Positions 6,812 through 16,293 are shown, counted from the first letter of the stretch. The stretch is 64,000 bases of DNA from an uncultured Opitutus sp. (GCA_964476565.1 CAYZBG010000001.1:64405-128404); one strand, 5' to 3'. The notes: generated by a model not told the origin, from the sequence alone. Translations and numbers: made by a program.

Positions 6812-8956
6812 TCAGGTCATCACGCGGCTGCGGTTACGACGGACGATCTCGACGATCTGATCTTCCGTCGACGAGTTCCACTGGATGCGGTTCGCCTCGC
6901 GCCGGCTGTCAACGAGCGTCAGGTTGAGCGGGCGGCCCGCTTCCTCCGCGGTGTCACGGCGTGCCGACGCCTGAGCTGGCACGCTCGCAAGCCCCGCCCG
7001 CGCGGAATCGATCGCAGCGCCCCGCGCGGCGAGATTGCCGTAGATCTGATCGGAAAGACCTGAGACGGCCCGCATTGAGTCCACAAAGCCGCCTGCCGCG
7101 AAGCCAGGGCGCCCCATGCGTGCGCCTTCGAGGGCCGCGATCGCGGGCTGAAAGAGCGGACTCTCGACCATCCATTTCGGCGCGACCCATTCGCCTGCGT
7201 GAACCACGCCGGCCGGCTTTTTCGCGGGCCCGGGTGCGGTGAATCCGCCTTCCTCGAAACCTGCGACGGATGATGCAAGCACCGTACCCTTGGCAATCGC
7301 GATGGAAATGGGAGCTTGGGCCGCGGCGCCGCCGAAGCTCGCGATTGTCGCCAGCGTCGCAGGGACAGCCCAGATCGCAGACGTTGCCGCGGCAACCGGG
7401 ATCGCGGCCGCAACCGCTCCGGCCTGAATCGTTTTCCCTACCGTCGCCTGCAAGAGCATGCCGGCAATCCACTCCGCGAACATGGTGGCGATCGACGAAA
7501 CGACGCTCGTTGCAATCGTGACGCCGACATTCCGCAGCGCATCACGCCAAGTCGTCGTCCCTTTGATCAGGCCTTCGATTGAAGTCTTCGTGCCGGCAAG
7601 CGCCGCGTTGAGCGTACCTGACACCGTCGCCGCGACATTGTTGGCCGTCGTGCCGAGCTGATTGAGAAAGTCCAAGGCCCCGCCTTCAACGCCTTCGCCG
7701 ATGCCCTGAAACGACTGCGAGGGATCGTTCCGATCATCACGGCGCCGGCGTGCAAGGCTGATCCTGCTTTCAGGTTCATCAATGCGGCCGTAAGCCTCGC
7801 TCCGGCGCCGCAAGGCTGCGATCTCGGCGTCAATGCGGGCAACTGCGTCGCTGTCACCCGTCAACGCGCGCTCCTCAAGCCTGAGGGCAATCACGCGCTC
7901 GAGCTGACGGCGGTACTCGGCGGTGTTTTCGGCGAGCCGGGCCCGCGCCGTCGTCTCGTCGAGAAGTCGATTCTGCAGGATCTGCGTCCGCTCTTCGCTG
8001 ATGCGGGTGAGCTCGTCGCCTGCGACATCGGCAATCGACCGCTGAACGGCAAGGATCTGTTGGCCGATTTCGAGGCGGCGCTCTTCGAGAGTAATCGCCC
8101 GCTCCCACTGGACCGGGTCGGCAATGTCAGTGAGGGCCGTCTCTGCGTCGATGGCGGCGAGCTCGGCACGCAGGGCAACAAGCTTCTCGGTCGATGCAAT
8201 GCGGGCAAACTCCGCGTCCGCCTGTTTCTGCCCAAGCTGAGCGGCCCGCTCGTTGAGTTGTAACGCGGCCTGTGCTGCTTCAGTACGCCGACGCGATGCT
8301 TCAGCACGGAGCTTGAGCTGTTCAGTGATCGGCTTGCCGTCTGCCTCGGAATCAATCCGGGCGGCCTCCGCGTTGAGGCGGTTGATTCTCTGACCAATCG
8401 ATTCACCAACCTGATTCTCGGCTGCGAACGTTTCACCGACTGTTTTTAGGGCCGCGGCGTAATCGGCCGCGGCCTTCTCGGCTGCCTTCATGGCCTCCGC
8501 TGCGCGTCGGTTTTCCGCGGTAAGTTCCGCCTGCTTTTTCTTCGTGTCTACGGCAGCGCGGCCCATGTCCTGCCACGAATCGTAAAGTCGAACGGCGGCT
8601 TCCTCGCCCTTGAAGAGCAGTGTCGGGAGCAGCGACAGATTAAGAATTCCCTCCGCCAGGAACTTCTTCCCGCTGGTCGCAAGCCCGTTGAGTGTCGTCT
8701 CGATCCCGCCCATCACCTCGATCGCATCCTGACTTACGCCCGGAATCTTATCGATGTTCTGGACGACGTCGCGGACTTCTCGAACCAAGAGACGCGCCGC
8801 ACCTTGAACCGTGAAGAAGCCGATACCCAGCTTTGCGCCGGCGCCAATCAGGCCGTTCATCGACGTCTGAACACCAACGACAGCACGGCGCAATTGATCG
8901 ACACCCGACAGATCGGACTTCGTCCTTAAAACAAGATCAACAATTTTGCCGGCCAT
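6812..8956 (-). CDS. phage tail tape measure protein
   Basis: 714 aa. It has a long Ala/Glu/Arg coiled-coil centre, hydrophobic Gly/Ala segments and a C-terminal GFEEGGFT...GVVHAGEWVAP motif typical of tape measure proteins. It sits directly downstream of the G/GT chaperone pair. Confidence 0.8.
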   Translation of the reverse strand: MAGKIVDLVLRTKSDLSGVDQLRRAVVGVQTSMNGLIGAGAKLGIGFFTVQGAARLLVREVRDVVQNIDKIPGVSQDAIEVMGGIETTLNGLATSGKKFLAEGILNLSLLPTLLFKGEEAAVRLYDSWQDMGRAAVDTKKKQAELTAENRRAAEAMKAAEKAAADYAAALKTVGETFAAENQVGESIGQRINRLNAEAARIDSEADGKPITEQLKLRAEASRRRTEAAQAALQLNERAAQLGQKQADAEFARIASTEKLVALRAELAAIDAETALTDIADPVQWERAITLEERRLEIGQQILAVQRSIADVAGDELTRISEERTQILQNRLLDETTARARLAENTAEYRRQLERVIALRLEERALTGDSDAVARIDAEIAALRRRSEAYGRIDEPESRISLARRRRDDRNDPSQSFQGIGEGVEGGALDFLNQLGTTANNVAATVSGTLNAALAGTKTSIEGLIKGTTTWRDALRNVGVTIATSVVSSIATMFAEWIAGMLLQATVGKTIQAGAVAAAIPVAAATSAIWAVPATLATIASFGGAAAQAPISIAIAKGTVLASSVAGFEEGGFTAPGPAKKPAGVVHAGEWVAPKWMVESPLFQPAIAALEGARMGRPGFAAGGFVDSMRAVSGLSDQIYGNLAARGAAIDSARAGLASVPAQASARRDTAEEAGRPLNLTLVDSRREANRIQWNSSTEDQIVEIVRRNRSRVMT

Positions 8957-8959
8957 GGT

Positions 8960-9507
8960 TTATCGTCTCCGAGGTTGCCGCATTGCCGTGGCCTCACGCT
9001 TCAAACGCGCGGCCGCCTGCTCTGCCCAAAAGGTGAGCTGGCGGAGCGTGTAGGTTTGAAGCTCCGACCATGAGTGGCCTTGGTGCCTGAGGCTCTCGAT
9101 CAGGCCGCCGATTTCGCCGCGGGACGCAGTACCTGGGCGAACCGGGCGGCGACGGCGTTTCCCGCAGCAAAGAGGTCAGGCGTGCAGTTCACCTCAAGGG
9201 CGGCGTCTGCCAGCGCGAGAACCATCCGCGGCGAAAGCTTTTCAATTTCCTCCGGCTTGAGCTTCGCGGCCTTGCTCACGAGGTCGATGATCAGGGCGCC
9301 GGATGTGCGGACAACGTCGGCAAGTTTCGCGCGATCGAGAACAAGCCCGGCCTCAGTTTGGGAAACGAACTCGCCCGCGGCGGAACCGAGCTTCTCAACG
9401 AAGCCGAGCAGCTGAAGCCAGGTGAGCTCGTGAACGGTGAATTCGCCTTGCGGCGATTTGATGACGCGCGGCTCGCCCGCGAGGATTTCGATGGTTTTGG
9501 AGGACAT
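8960..9507 (-). CDS. tail assembly chaperone G (9100..9507) and its -1 frameshift product GT (extension to 8960)
   Basis: A 135-aa ORF lies immediately upstream of the tape measure gene. The -1 frame is open for 65 codons from the slippery site to a TAA at 8960-8962. Confidence 0.7.
9157..9163 (-). other. -1 slippery heptamer G GGA AAC
   Basis: GGA and AAC are codons 116-117 of the chaperone in frame 0. The X XXY YYZ pattern is as in lambda G/GT (G GGA AAG). Confidence 0.65.
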
Positions 9508-9588
9508 AGGATGTGATGGAGAATTTTGCCCGCGCCGGCGAAGATGGGCCGGCGCGGGCTCAACAACTGACCCAAGTACAGAAAACGG

Positions 9589-10002
9589 TTATGCCGCCGC
9601 GCCGATGGAGCCGATCCATTCGTTCAACAGCGATAGGCCGTCCGGGTGATCATCGGGGAGCGTCTTGATCAGTTCGAGGGCCTCGGCCTTGTCCTGCGCG
9701 CTTCCTTTCATCAAGCGTCGGATTCGCGCGGGAGTATCGGCGGCAGAGGCGCGGACGTTTGACATGCGAATGCCGAAGCCGCGGGCCGCTTTGCCCAACG
9801 TCGCGGCGGACGCCTTCACGTTCATTTTCCCCTTGGGAGCGAACTGACGTGCCCACACCGAATGCGTGGAGGGTCGGGATTGAGTGTTGATGTCGGCGGT
9901 CGGCGTTGCGGATGCCGGCGCGGGCGCGGGCTGCGAGTCGGTCGTTTTGGCGAACTGCTTCGCCCAGACGGAGTGGGTGGAGGGTCGATTGGTTTGGGTC
10001 AT
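9589..10002 (-). CDS. hypothetical phage-module protein with an internal 13-aa repeat
   Basis: 137 aa. RPSTHSVWA(K/R)QFA occurs twice. The gene is tightly packed between the 133-aa gene and the chaperone. Confidence 0.5.
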   Translation of the reverse strand: MTQTNRPSTHSVWAKQFAKTTDSQPAPAPASATPTADINTQSRPSTHSVWARQFAPKGKMNVKASAATLGKAARGFGIRMSNVRASAADTPARIRRLMKGSAQDKAEALELIKTLPDDHPDGLSLLNEWIGSIGAAA

Positions 10003-10006
10003 GGTT

Positions 10007-10408
10007 CTATCCTACGGGCTCAAGGGTTGCATTGCCGGCGGTGACGTCGCCTCCGCCGGACTCGACGGCGAGGGCCAGACGCACGAAGCGCTTGATCGTC
10101 GGCGGGACCTTGAAGATGACCTCGCGGGCCCCGGACCCGGTACCGCCGGCACCGATGACGATGAGCGGCGCGAGGGTGGGAATGGCTTCCCATGCCTCGC
10201 CGTCGCCGGAATGCTGAAGCGTGAGGGTCGCCGCCTTGTCGTCTTCGAGCGCCGGCAGCGCGTCGACCTTGACGACGAAGTTGAAACTCTCGGTGGTTAC
10301 CCAGGGCGTTGCGGCCCCGAGGTCGATCGGATCGCTGCTGGCGGTTCCAGCGGCCGCGGGCAGGGCGGTCACAACGTGCAGAAGGTGGTCGCGAAGGTGG
10401 CGGTTCAT
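10007..10408 (-). CDS. hypothetical structural protein; positional candidate for a tail tube protein
   Basis: 133 aa with beta-rich-looking sequence. Its position is upstream of the chaperone and tape measure genes. There is no motif-level support. Confidence 0.4.
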   Translation of the reverse strand: MNRHLRDHLLHVVTALPAAAGTASSDPIDLGAATPWVTTESFNFVVKVDALPALEDDKAATLTLQHSGDGEAWEAIPTLAPLIVIGAGGTGSGAREVIFKVPPTIKRFVRLALAVESGGGDVTAGNATLEPVG

Positions 10409-10411
10409 GGT

Positions 10412-11098
10412 TCAGTCCTTCTTTTTTCCGCCCTTGCCAAGCAGGCGTTTGATTTCGGCCTGGACGCCATCGACCATGGCCTTTGCGGTTTCGAGCCGGG
10501 CGGGGTGAGCTGTGAGCGCTGCCCGGGCGGCCTCGATCTGCGCTTGGCGGGCCACCACGAAGGCGCATGAATCGCCCACCTGGGCGTACTTGGGAAGTGA
10601 ATACACAGCATCGTGGATCGCGCGTTCCGCCCCATCAATCATGGCCTGGAGGTGTTCCGGCATCGTCTCGATGTACTTGAGGCTTTCGCGCAGTCGGGGC
10701 AGTTCCGACCGTAGTTCCTCGATCCGCTCGAGGCGGCGTTCGGCGGCCTCGCGCTTGGCCATGGCCGCGCTCATCTTCCGGTTGGCTTCCGCGAGCTCCT
10801 TCCCGGCGGCCTCGACTTCTCCGACGATCTCGGGCGCCTCGCGTAGGTCGTCGACGGGAATCTCGTCCTCCGTGAAGTTGAATCGCTCCGCGACCTCGGC
10901 GAAGGACGACAGATTGCACCGATCCTTCAACACCGTGAACAACGCTCGGCGAAACGCCCCGGCGTTCGTCTGGTGATCGGCCCGCGTCTCACGGCACGCC
11001 TCGTTGAAACGCATGCGCCCGGCCGTCGTGACGCCTCGTGCCTCGATGAATTCCGTAAGCCGGTACCAAGGGTCGTTTATTTCGCTCGTCGATCTCAT
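10412..11098 (-). CDS. hypothetical coiled-coil protein
   Basis: From ATG 11098 (MRSTSEINDPWYRL...). The part of track ORF 10412..11554 upstream of this start is Arg-rich off-frame sequence overlapping the better ORF 11125..11493. Confidence 0.55.
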   Translation of the reverse strand: MRSTSEINDPWYRLTEFIEARGVTTAGRMRFNEACRETRADHQTNAGAFRRALFTVLKDRCNLSSFAEVAERFNFTEDEIPVDDLREAPEIVGEVEAAGKELAEANRKMSAAMAKREAAERRLERIEELRSELPRLRESLKYIETMPEHLQAMIDGAERAIHDAVYSLPKYAQVGDSCAFVVARQAQIEAARAALTAHPARLETAKAMVDGVQAEIKRLLGKGGKKKD

Positions 11099-11124
11099 AC
11101 CAATGCGGAGGTTCCCAGCCGGAA

Positions 11125-11493
11125 TTAACCTTCGTTCGATCGTCCCCGGATTCTTCCGAGGTAAAAACGAGTTTCGGCCATTAACTTGCACGCCGCTGCG
11201 GGGGTCACTCCAATCCGCTCGGCAAGCTGGCGTTGGGTGCGGACGCCAGGCAGTTCGCCCAGGAGCCATGCGAGGGCGAACACGCGGCGCCCTGCGCTGA
11301 CGAGGTCCCGGCCCTCGATTGCAAACCGGATCAACGCGGCTGCCGTCTCGCGGGCGGAGACGAGGGCGGCCTCGCTCGCCTCGCCGGCAAACGGGTCGTC
11401 GAACGCGACGGACGGCACCGGCCGGCCGTGATCGTCGTAGCCTGTTGTGCCTCCGTGGCTCAGCGGCGGGCCTTCCTGAACGCCTTGCGCCAC
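11125..11493 (-). CDS. hypothetical HTH-containing protein
   Basis: 122 aa. The segment TQRQLAERIGVTPAAACKLMAE is helix-turn-helix-like. Confidence 0.45.
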   Translation of the reverse strand: MAQGVQEGPPLSHGGTTGYDDHGRPVPSVAFDDPFAGEASEAALVSARETAAALIRFAIEGRDLVSAGRRVFALAWLLGELPGVRTQRQLAERIGVTPAAACKLMAETRFYLGRIRGRSNEG

Positions 11494-11614
11494 ACAGCGG
11501 CGACCGTCGGACGGTTTGAGATCTCGGCCCGTAGTCGAGCCTCTGCTCGATCATTCGCGGCGCGGAGGCGTGCCACCTGTTGCCGTATCGTTGGGCGTTT
11601 CTTTTTCATCGTGT

Positions 11615-12091
11615 TCATTCCTCGAAGTGCTTGGCCAGGGCTTGGTACTCCGTGAAGATTTCCGACCAGATTCCGCGAAGGACTGACCGGCAGAGCGCGA
11701 CGTCACCGGCGGCCGCGGCAAACCGCATCGGGTGTTCCGATTCAGACCTCGACCGGAACGCGTTTAGTTCGCCGGCGGCCCGTTGGAGCCGGGCGCCAAC
11801 CCAGGCCCGGTCCACGAGCTGACCTTCCTTCTCGTCGTTCGCGATCTTGAGTCGGCGTCCGTTTTCCTTCGCGACCCGGAGCCGTGCCGCGGCGAGCGCG
11901 CCGGCGAGTGCGTGATGGACTTCAAGGATCGTGTACGTCTGGCCGTCAGCAACCTTGTGACCGGCTGAGATCAGGCGGCGTTGGAGCGTGGATCGAGCGA
12001 CGCCGAATTGCTCGCAAGCCTCGGCAAGCGTCAATCGGTGGGCGTTGGCTAGTTGGGCCGTGGTACGGCGTTTTCGGATTTTAGTAACCAT
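11615..12091 (-). CDS. Nu1-like terminase small subunit / DNA-packaging HTH protein (tentative)
   Basis: An N-terminal HTH (LTLAEACEQFGVARSTLQRRL) is followed by ARLRVAKENGRRLKIANDEKEGQLVDRAWV. This resembles the lambda Nu1 layout as I remember it. Confidence 0.45.
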   Translation of the reverse strand: MVTKIRKRRTTAQLANAHRLTLAEACEQFGVARSTLQRRLISAGHKVADGQTYTILEVHHALAGALAAARLRVAKENGRRLKIANDEKEGQLVDRAWVGARLQRAAGELNAFRSRSESEHPMRFAAAAGDVALCRSVLRGIWSEIFTEYQALAKHFEE

Positions 12092-12199
12092 AAACTCGAA
12101 GCTCTCTCATGGTGACGAGGCGCGCTCTCGCGGACCCTGTCGGGCCAAGGGCGAAAAGGAGACTTCCTTGGCGGGCAGTGGTGATGCCGCTGCGTTGCT

Positions 12200-12928
12200 T
12201 TACCGCATGAGCGGACGGCGTGGATTGGGTGAGTTCCATCCGACGGTGTCATGGTCCTCACGCACCCACGTGTCTGGGTCATCGTCGTAGCTTCCCCGAT
12301 TATACCATGTCGCAGGATGCGGCACGAATCGGCGCTGATCCTCTGGCCACTGGCTGACGGCTTCCGCGTATGCCTTGGTGCGCTCGGTCAGGTACTCAGC
12401 GGTGGCTGTCTTGAGGGCCTTGGTGATCGCCTTGAGTGCCTCCGGCTTGGCGACCTTCCGCGGATAGAAGGCATAGATGCCAAGGGCGGGAGATATAGAA
12501 TCTTCTCCAGTTCTTCTCTCTTTTTTCTGTCTTTCTTCTGATGTAGCCAACGGACCACTTTGTGACGAATTGGCTAACGCTAGTTCACCATTGGCGAACG
12601 ATGGGCAATCGCTGGCGAACGAAAGCAGAACGTAGGTTGACGGCGCCCGTAGTGGCGGGGTGGTTACGCTGATCAGGCCAACCTCGGAAAGCACCATGAG
12701 ATGCTTCTTGATCGTGCTCACAGAGACGCCGCTAATGCGCTGAATCCACGCGTGCGTGGTGGTGAACTGCTCGCGGCCCTCGTCGCTCGCAATCTCACAG
12801 AGAGCGTCATAGACCGAAAGGGCAGATGCGACGTTGTTGGTAGCGTCGAATGCCTCGCGAATTCGACGCCGGGCGGCCTTGCTCTGCCAGCACCATGGGC
12901 CGTCTTTCGTCGATCGAGGTGAGGTCAT
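12200..12928 (-). CDS. phage replication-organizer-like winged-HTH protein
   Basis: The N-terminal wHTH is ISGVSVSTIKKHLMVLSEVGLISV. The C-terminal YPRKVAKPEALKAI...HPATWYNRGSYDDDP motif is common in prophage replication-associated proteins. Iterons lie inside the linker-coding region. Confidence 0.5.
   Translation of the reverse strand: MTSPRSTKDGPWCWQSKAARRRIREAFDATNNVASALSVYDALCEIASDEGREQFTTTHAWIQRISGVSVSTIKKHLMVLSEVGLISVTTPPLRAPSTYVLLSFASDCPSFANGELALANSSQSGPLATSEERQKKERRTGEDSISPALGIYAFYPRKVAKPEALKAITKALKTATAEYLTERTKAYAEAVSQWPEDQRRFVPHPATWYNRGSYDDDPDTWVREDHDTVGWNSPNPRRPLMR
12491..12622. promoter_or_regulatory. candidate replication origin: three 21-bp-phased iterons next to a polypyrimidine/AT-rich tract
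   Basis: TGGCTAACG, TGGCGAACG and TGGCGAACG start at 12571, 12592 and 12613. The adjacent tract at 12491-12540 is AGATATAGAATCTTCTCCAGTTCTTCTCTCTTTTTTCTGTCTTTCTTCTG. Confidence 0.45.
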
Positions 12929-13098
12929 TTCGCACCATCCTGCCCAAGCAGCCGGCGGTATCGGGTGATCTCATTTTGCAGGGTCACCCGTTCGGCTGGA
13001 TCAGTACATGCGTTGGCGGCCTCGACAGCCTCGGCCAACCGTTCACGCAGGATCTCGTCGGTGGGCCTCGGGGGTAGGTGAAGATCGAGCTGAGTCAT
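12925..13098 (-). CDS. small hypothetical protein
   Basis: An ATGA overlap couples it to the replication-like gene. The start is uncertain (the track gives 13164). Confidence 0.35.
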   Translation of the reverse strand: MTQLDLHLPPRPTDEILRERLAEAVEAANACTDPAERVTLQNEITRYRRLLGQDGAK

Positions 13099-13240
13099 TC
13101 CGCACCGCCTTTCGGAAAGGGCAGAGGGGCGACACATGGACTGCGGCGCCATTGTGCCCGCCATGCGCGGATCTTGGCGGCGAGGCGCGTGGCCTTGTGG
13201 CGAGCGCTGCGGGGCTGATTGTTTTCGCGGCGGTTGGACT

Positions 13241-13465
13241 TCAAGACGCGCCTTTCCCTGCCACTAAAGCGCGAACGGATGCGACTGTGTAGAGACATTG
13301 ACGAAGGCCAGGCACTCGCTTCAAACGGCCCTCTTTTTCCATGCGCCAACAGGTGACTCTGGAGATTCGTTTACTGCCAAGGAGAGCGCGGACGCCTTCC
13401 AGATCTACTGCTAACGGCTCAAGCGTTGGTTGCGTGGTGTGTGATTTTGTTTCGGTGGATTCCAT
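13241..13465 (-). CDS. AlpA/excisionase-like (HTH_17-type) DNA-binding protein
   Basis: 74 aa. GVRALLGSKRISRVTCWRMEKEGRLKRV...YTVASVRALV fits the small MerR-like excisionase pattern. Confidence 0.55.
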   Translation of the reverse strand: MESTETKSHTTQPTLEPLAVDLEGVRALLGSKRISRVTCWRMEKEGRLKRVPGLRQCLYTVASVRALVAGKGAS

Positions 13466-13550
13466 AGGGCACGCTGTGTTGCGTACCCTATTCTATGGAC
13501 CCGATTTGGTTTCATCCTGCTGAATGCAATTCGGCCAGCTGCTGAGCGCC

Positions 13551-13587
13551 AAAAACAACGAACCCAGGGCTTGCTGACCCCGGGTTC
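13551..13587 (-). terminator. rho-independent terminator after the int-orf149 pair
   Basis: The minus strand reads GAACCCGGGG-N8-CCCTGGGTTC followed by GTTGTTTTTGG. Confidence 0.5.
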
Positions 13588-13631
13588 ATGTCGTGCTGAA
13601 CGCGAACCTATGCGCCCTTTTTTCTGCTGAA

Positions 13632-14081
13632 TTATTTGACAGCCTTTGCCCGGCCGCCCGCGCTGGGGCCTACTTTCTTGAGCCTGTCGCGCTCGGCCTC
13701 CATGGCGTTGATCCACCACGTCGGAAAGGAGTCTCTCGCGCGTGACGATACCCATGCAGACTCGGCACCATCGGGCCCGAAGTGAGGAGTGAGTGCCGCG
13801 ATGCACCATTTCCTCAAAGTGTAGATGTTTTTTGTGCCAAGGATGGTCTTGGCTTCTTCGGCCGTATGATAGGTTTCTGGCGAATCTAGACGCTTTTGCG
13901 CGTCAACCAATCCGGCTGCTTCCTCGTTAATCCATCGATTCCAGAAGATCCATTGAACGAGAAGCCGGTGAATCTCTTTTTTCGTCCATAAGCTGGGAGA
14001 TGGTTGCTCGCATCCAAGCACTTTGGCCCAGCCGATCGCCTGGGCAAACATTGCCAGCTCTGCGGGTGTTGGGACCTTCAT
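13632..14081 (-). CDS. hypothetical protein with an excisionase-like HTH segment
   Basis: 149 aa, AT-richer than its surroundings. TAEEAKTILGTKNIYTLRKWC is HTH-like. The start overlaps the integrase stop by 4 nt. Confidence 0.5.
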   Translation of the reverse strand: MKVPTPAELAMFAQAIGWAKVLGCEQPSPSLWTKKEIHRLLVQWIFWNRWINEEAAGLVDAQKRLDSPETYHTAEEAKTILGTKNIYTLRKWCIAALTPHFGPDGAESAWVSSRARDSFPTWWINAMEAERDRLKKVGPSAGGRAKAVK

Positions 14082-15286
14082 GACGCACCCCCAAAGTTGA
14101 CCTTGGCTGCCTGAGAAACGCTGTGCTCTCGCGTGGCAATGCCCTTGTAACGGGCAAGGAGGGTGACGCCTTCGTCAGCATGTCCCAGCCAGTCTGCAAC
14201 GGTCGGGACCGGGACGCCGGCCTGTATCGCCTGCGTGGCGAAGAAATCGCGCAGGTCGTGGTGGGTGAGGCGAGGGATGCCAACGGCCGCGCATGCCCGC
14301 GTGAGGCTCTTCAAAGCCTCGCGGACACGAAAGACGCGGCTCGAGGGATCGACGTGCGGGACACCGTCGACGGCGACCTCTGCCTGCTCTTCCCGCTTGC
14401 GTCGGATCTTCTCGAAGAGCTCACGGGCGGCCGGGATCAGCGGGACTTCACGGTCACCTGCCTCTGTCTTCGTACCGCGTACCCGCAGGACGCCGGTGAC
14501 GAAATCGACGTCGCGCCAAACCAAGCCGGCCGCTTCCCTCTGTCGGCATCCGGTGAAGGCAAGCCCTCGGCAGAAGTCCGCGGCTTCGATGCCCCGCCCG
14601 CCGATGCATTCCATTTCCGCAAAGATCTCGGCCAGCTTGGACGGCGAGGGCAGGTCGGGCTTCTTCGGTCGATCCTTCGCCCTCAGACCGCGTTTCCCGG
14701 CCAGCACGTTGGCGTGAAGGGCGCCGTTCTCGACCGCCCGGTCCAGCATGCGGCGGACCGTCGCGAGGCCCTTGTTGAACAACGACGCCGACCGCCCGGC
14801 CGTGCCGGTCGATTTGGCGCCAGGCGGGCGGAAACCGGTCCCGGATGTCAGGGCCCGGTTCCGCCACTCGTTCACGGCCGTTACGGTGATCTCGTCGGGG
14901 CGGAGGGACGCGAAACCTGGCCATGTCTTCTCGACGTAGTCAATCGACTGCAGCCGCATCTCCTTGGACTTCGGTCCGATCTCGGCAAGTTGCGCGATTG
15001 CGGCGCGCTCGAGGGCGACCAGTTCCGCCATGGTAGCGACGCCCGCCTTGGCCTTGCGGGACGCCTTGCGCACCCGTTCCACCGATGCCTTGCGATCAGC
15101 GAAGCGGCGCCGGGCAACTTCGAGCTCTGTCGTGCCGAGCGCTTCAAAGCGGTTCTTGCCGGCGAGAGTGAACCGCGCATAAAAGCGTTTCGTTTTCGTG
15201 TGACGGAGCAGGCCCTTCGGCCAGCTCGATGTTCTTTGCCAAGTCTTCGGGGTGGTCTCGTTGCTCATGGTTTCACCGTGTTTCAC
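14078..15286 (-). CDS. int: tyrosine recombinase / phage integrase
   Basis: The C-terminal catalytic region reads RLTHHDLRDFFATQAIQAGVPVPTVADWLGHADEGVTLLARY. The gene abuts the tRNA target. The start is GTG 15286 or ATG 15268. Confidence 0.9.
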   Translation of the reverse strand: MKHGETMSNETTPKTWQRTSSWPKGLLRHTKTKRFYARFTLAGKNRFEALGTTELEVARRRFADRKASVERVRKASRKAKAGVATMAELVALERAAIAQLAEIGPKSKEMRLQSIDYVEKTWPGFASLRPDEITVTAVNEWRNRALTSGTGFRPPGAKSTGTAGRSASLFNKGLATVRRMLDRAVENGALHANVLAGKRGLRAKDRPKKPDLPSPSKLAEIFAEMECIGGRGIEAADFCRGLAFTGCRQREAAGLVWRDVDFVTGVLRVRGTKTEAGDREVPLIPAARELFEKIRRKREEQAEVAVDGVPHVDPSSRVFRVREALKSLTRACAAVGIPRLTHHDLRDFFATQAIQAGVPVPTVADWLGHADEGVTLLARYKGIATREHSVSQAAKVNFGGAS

Positions 15287-15321
15287 TCACAATTCGCAAA
15301 ATGTGTGAAACGACGTGTGAA
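15280..15321 (+). promoter_or_regulatory. candidate arm-type binding module (right arm)
   Basis: See the left-arm module at 5767-5818. This copy overlaps the 5' end of the integrase gene. Confidence 0.5.
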
Positions 15322-15366
15322 ACAAAAAGCAATGTGATAGTCCTAAGGCATTGGTTGTCAGTGGAA

Positions 15367-16293
<927 letters not shown>

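Noticed and set aside
10412-11554. A single 380-aa ORF.
   Set aside because: The N-terminal ~150 aa are Arg-rich off-frame sequence overlapping the better ORF 11125..11493, which has an HTH. I split it into 10412..11098 and 11125..11493.
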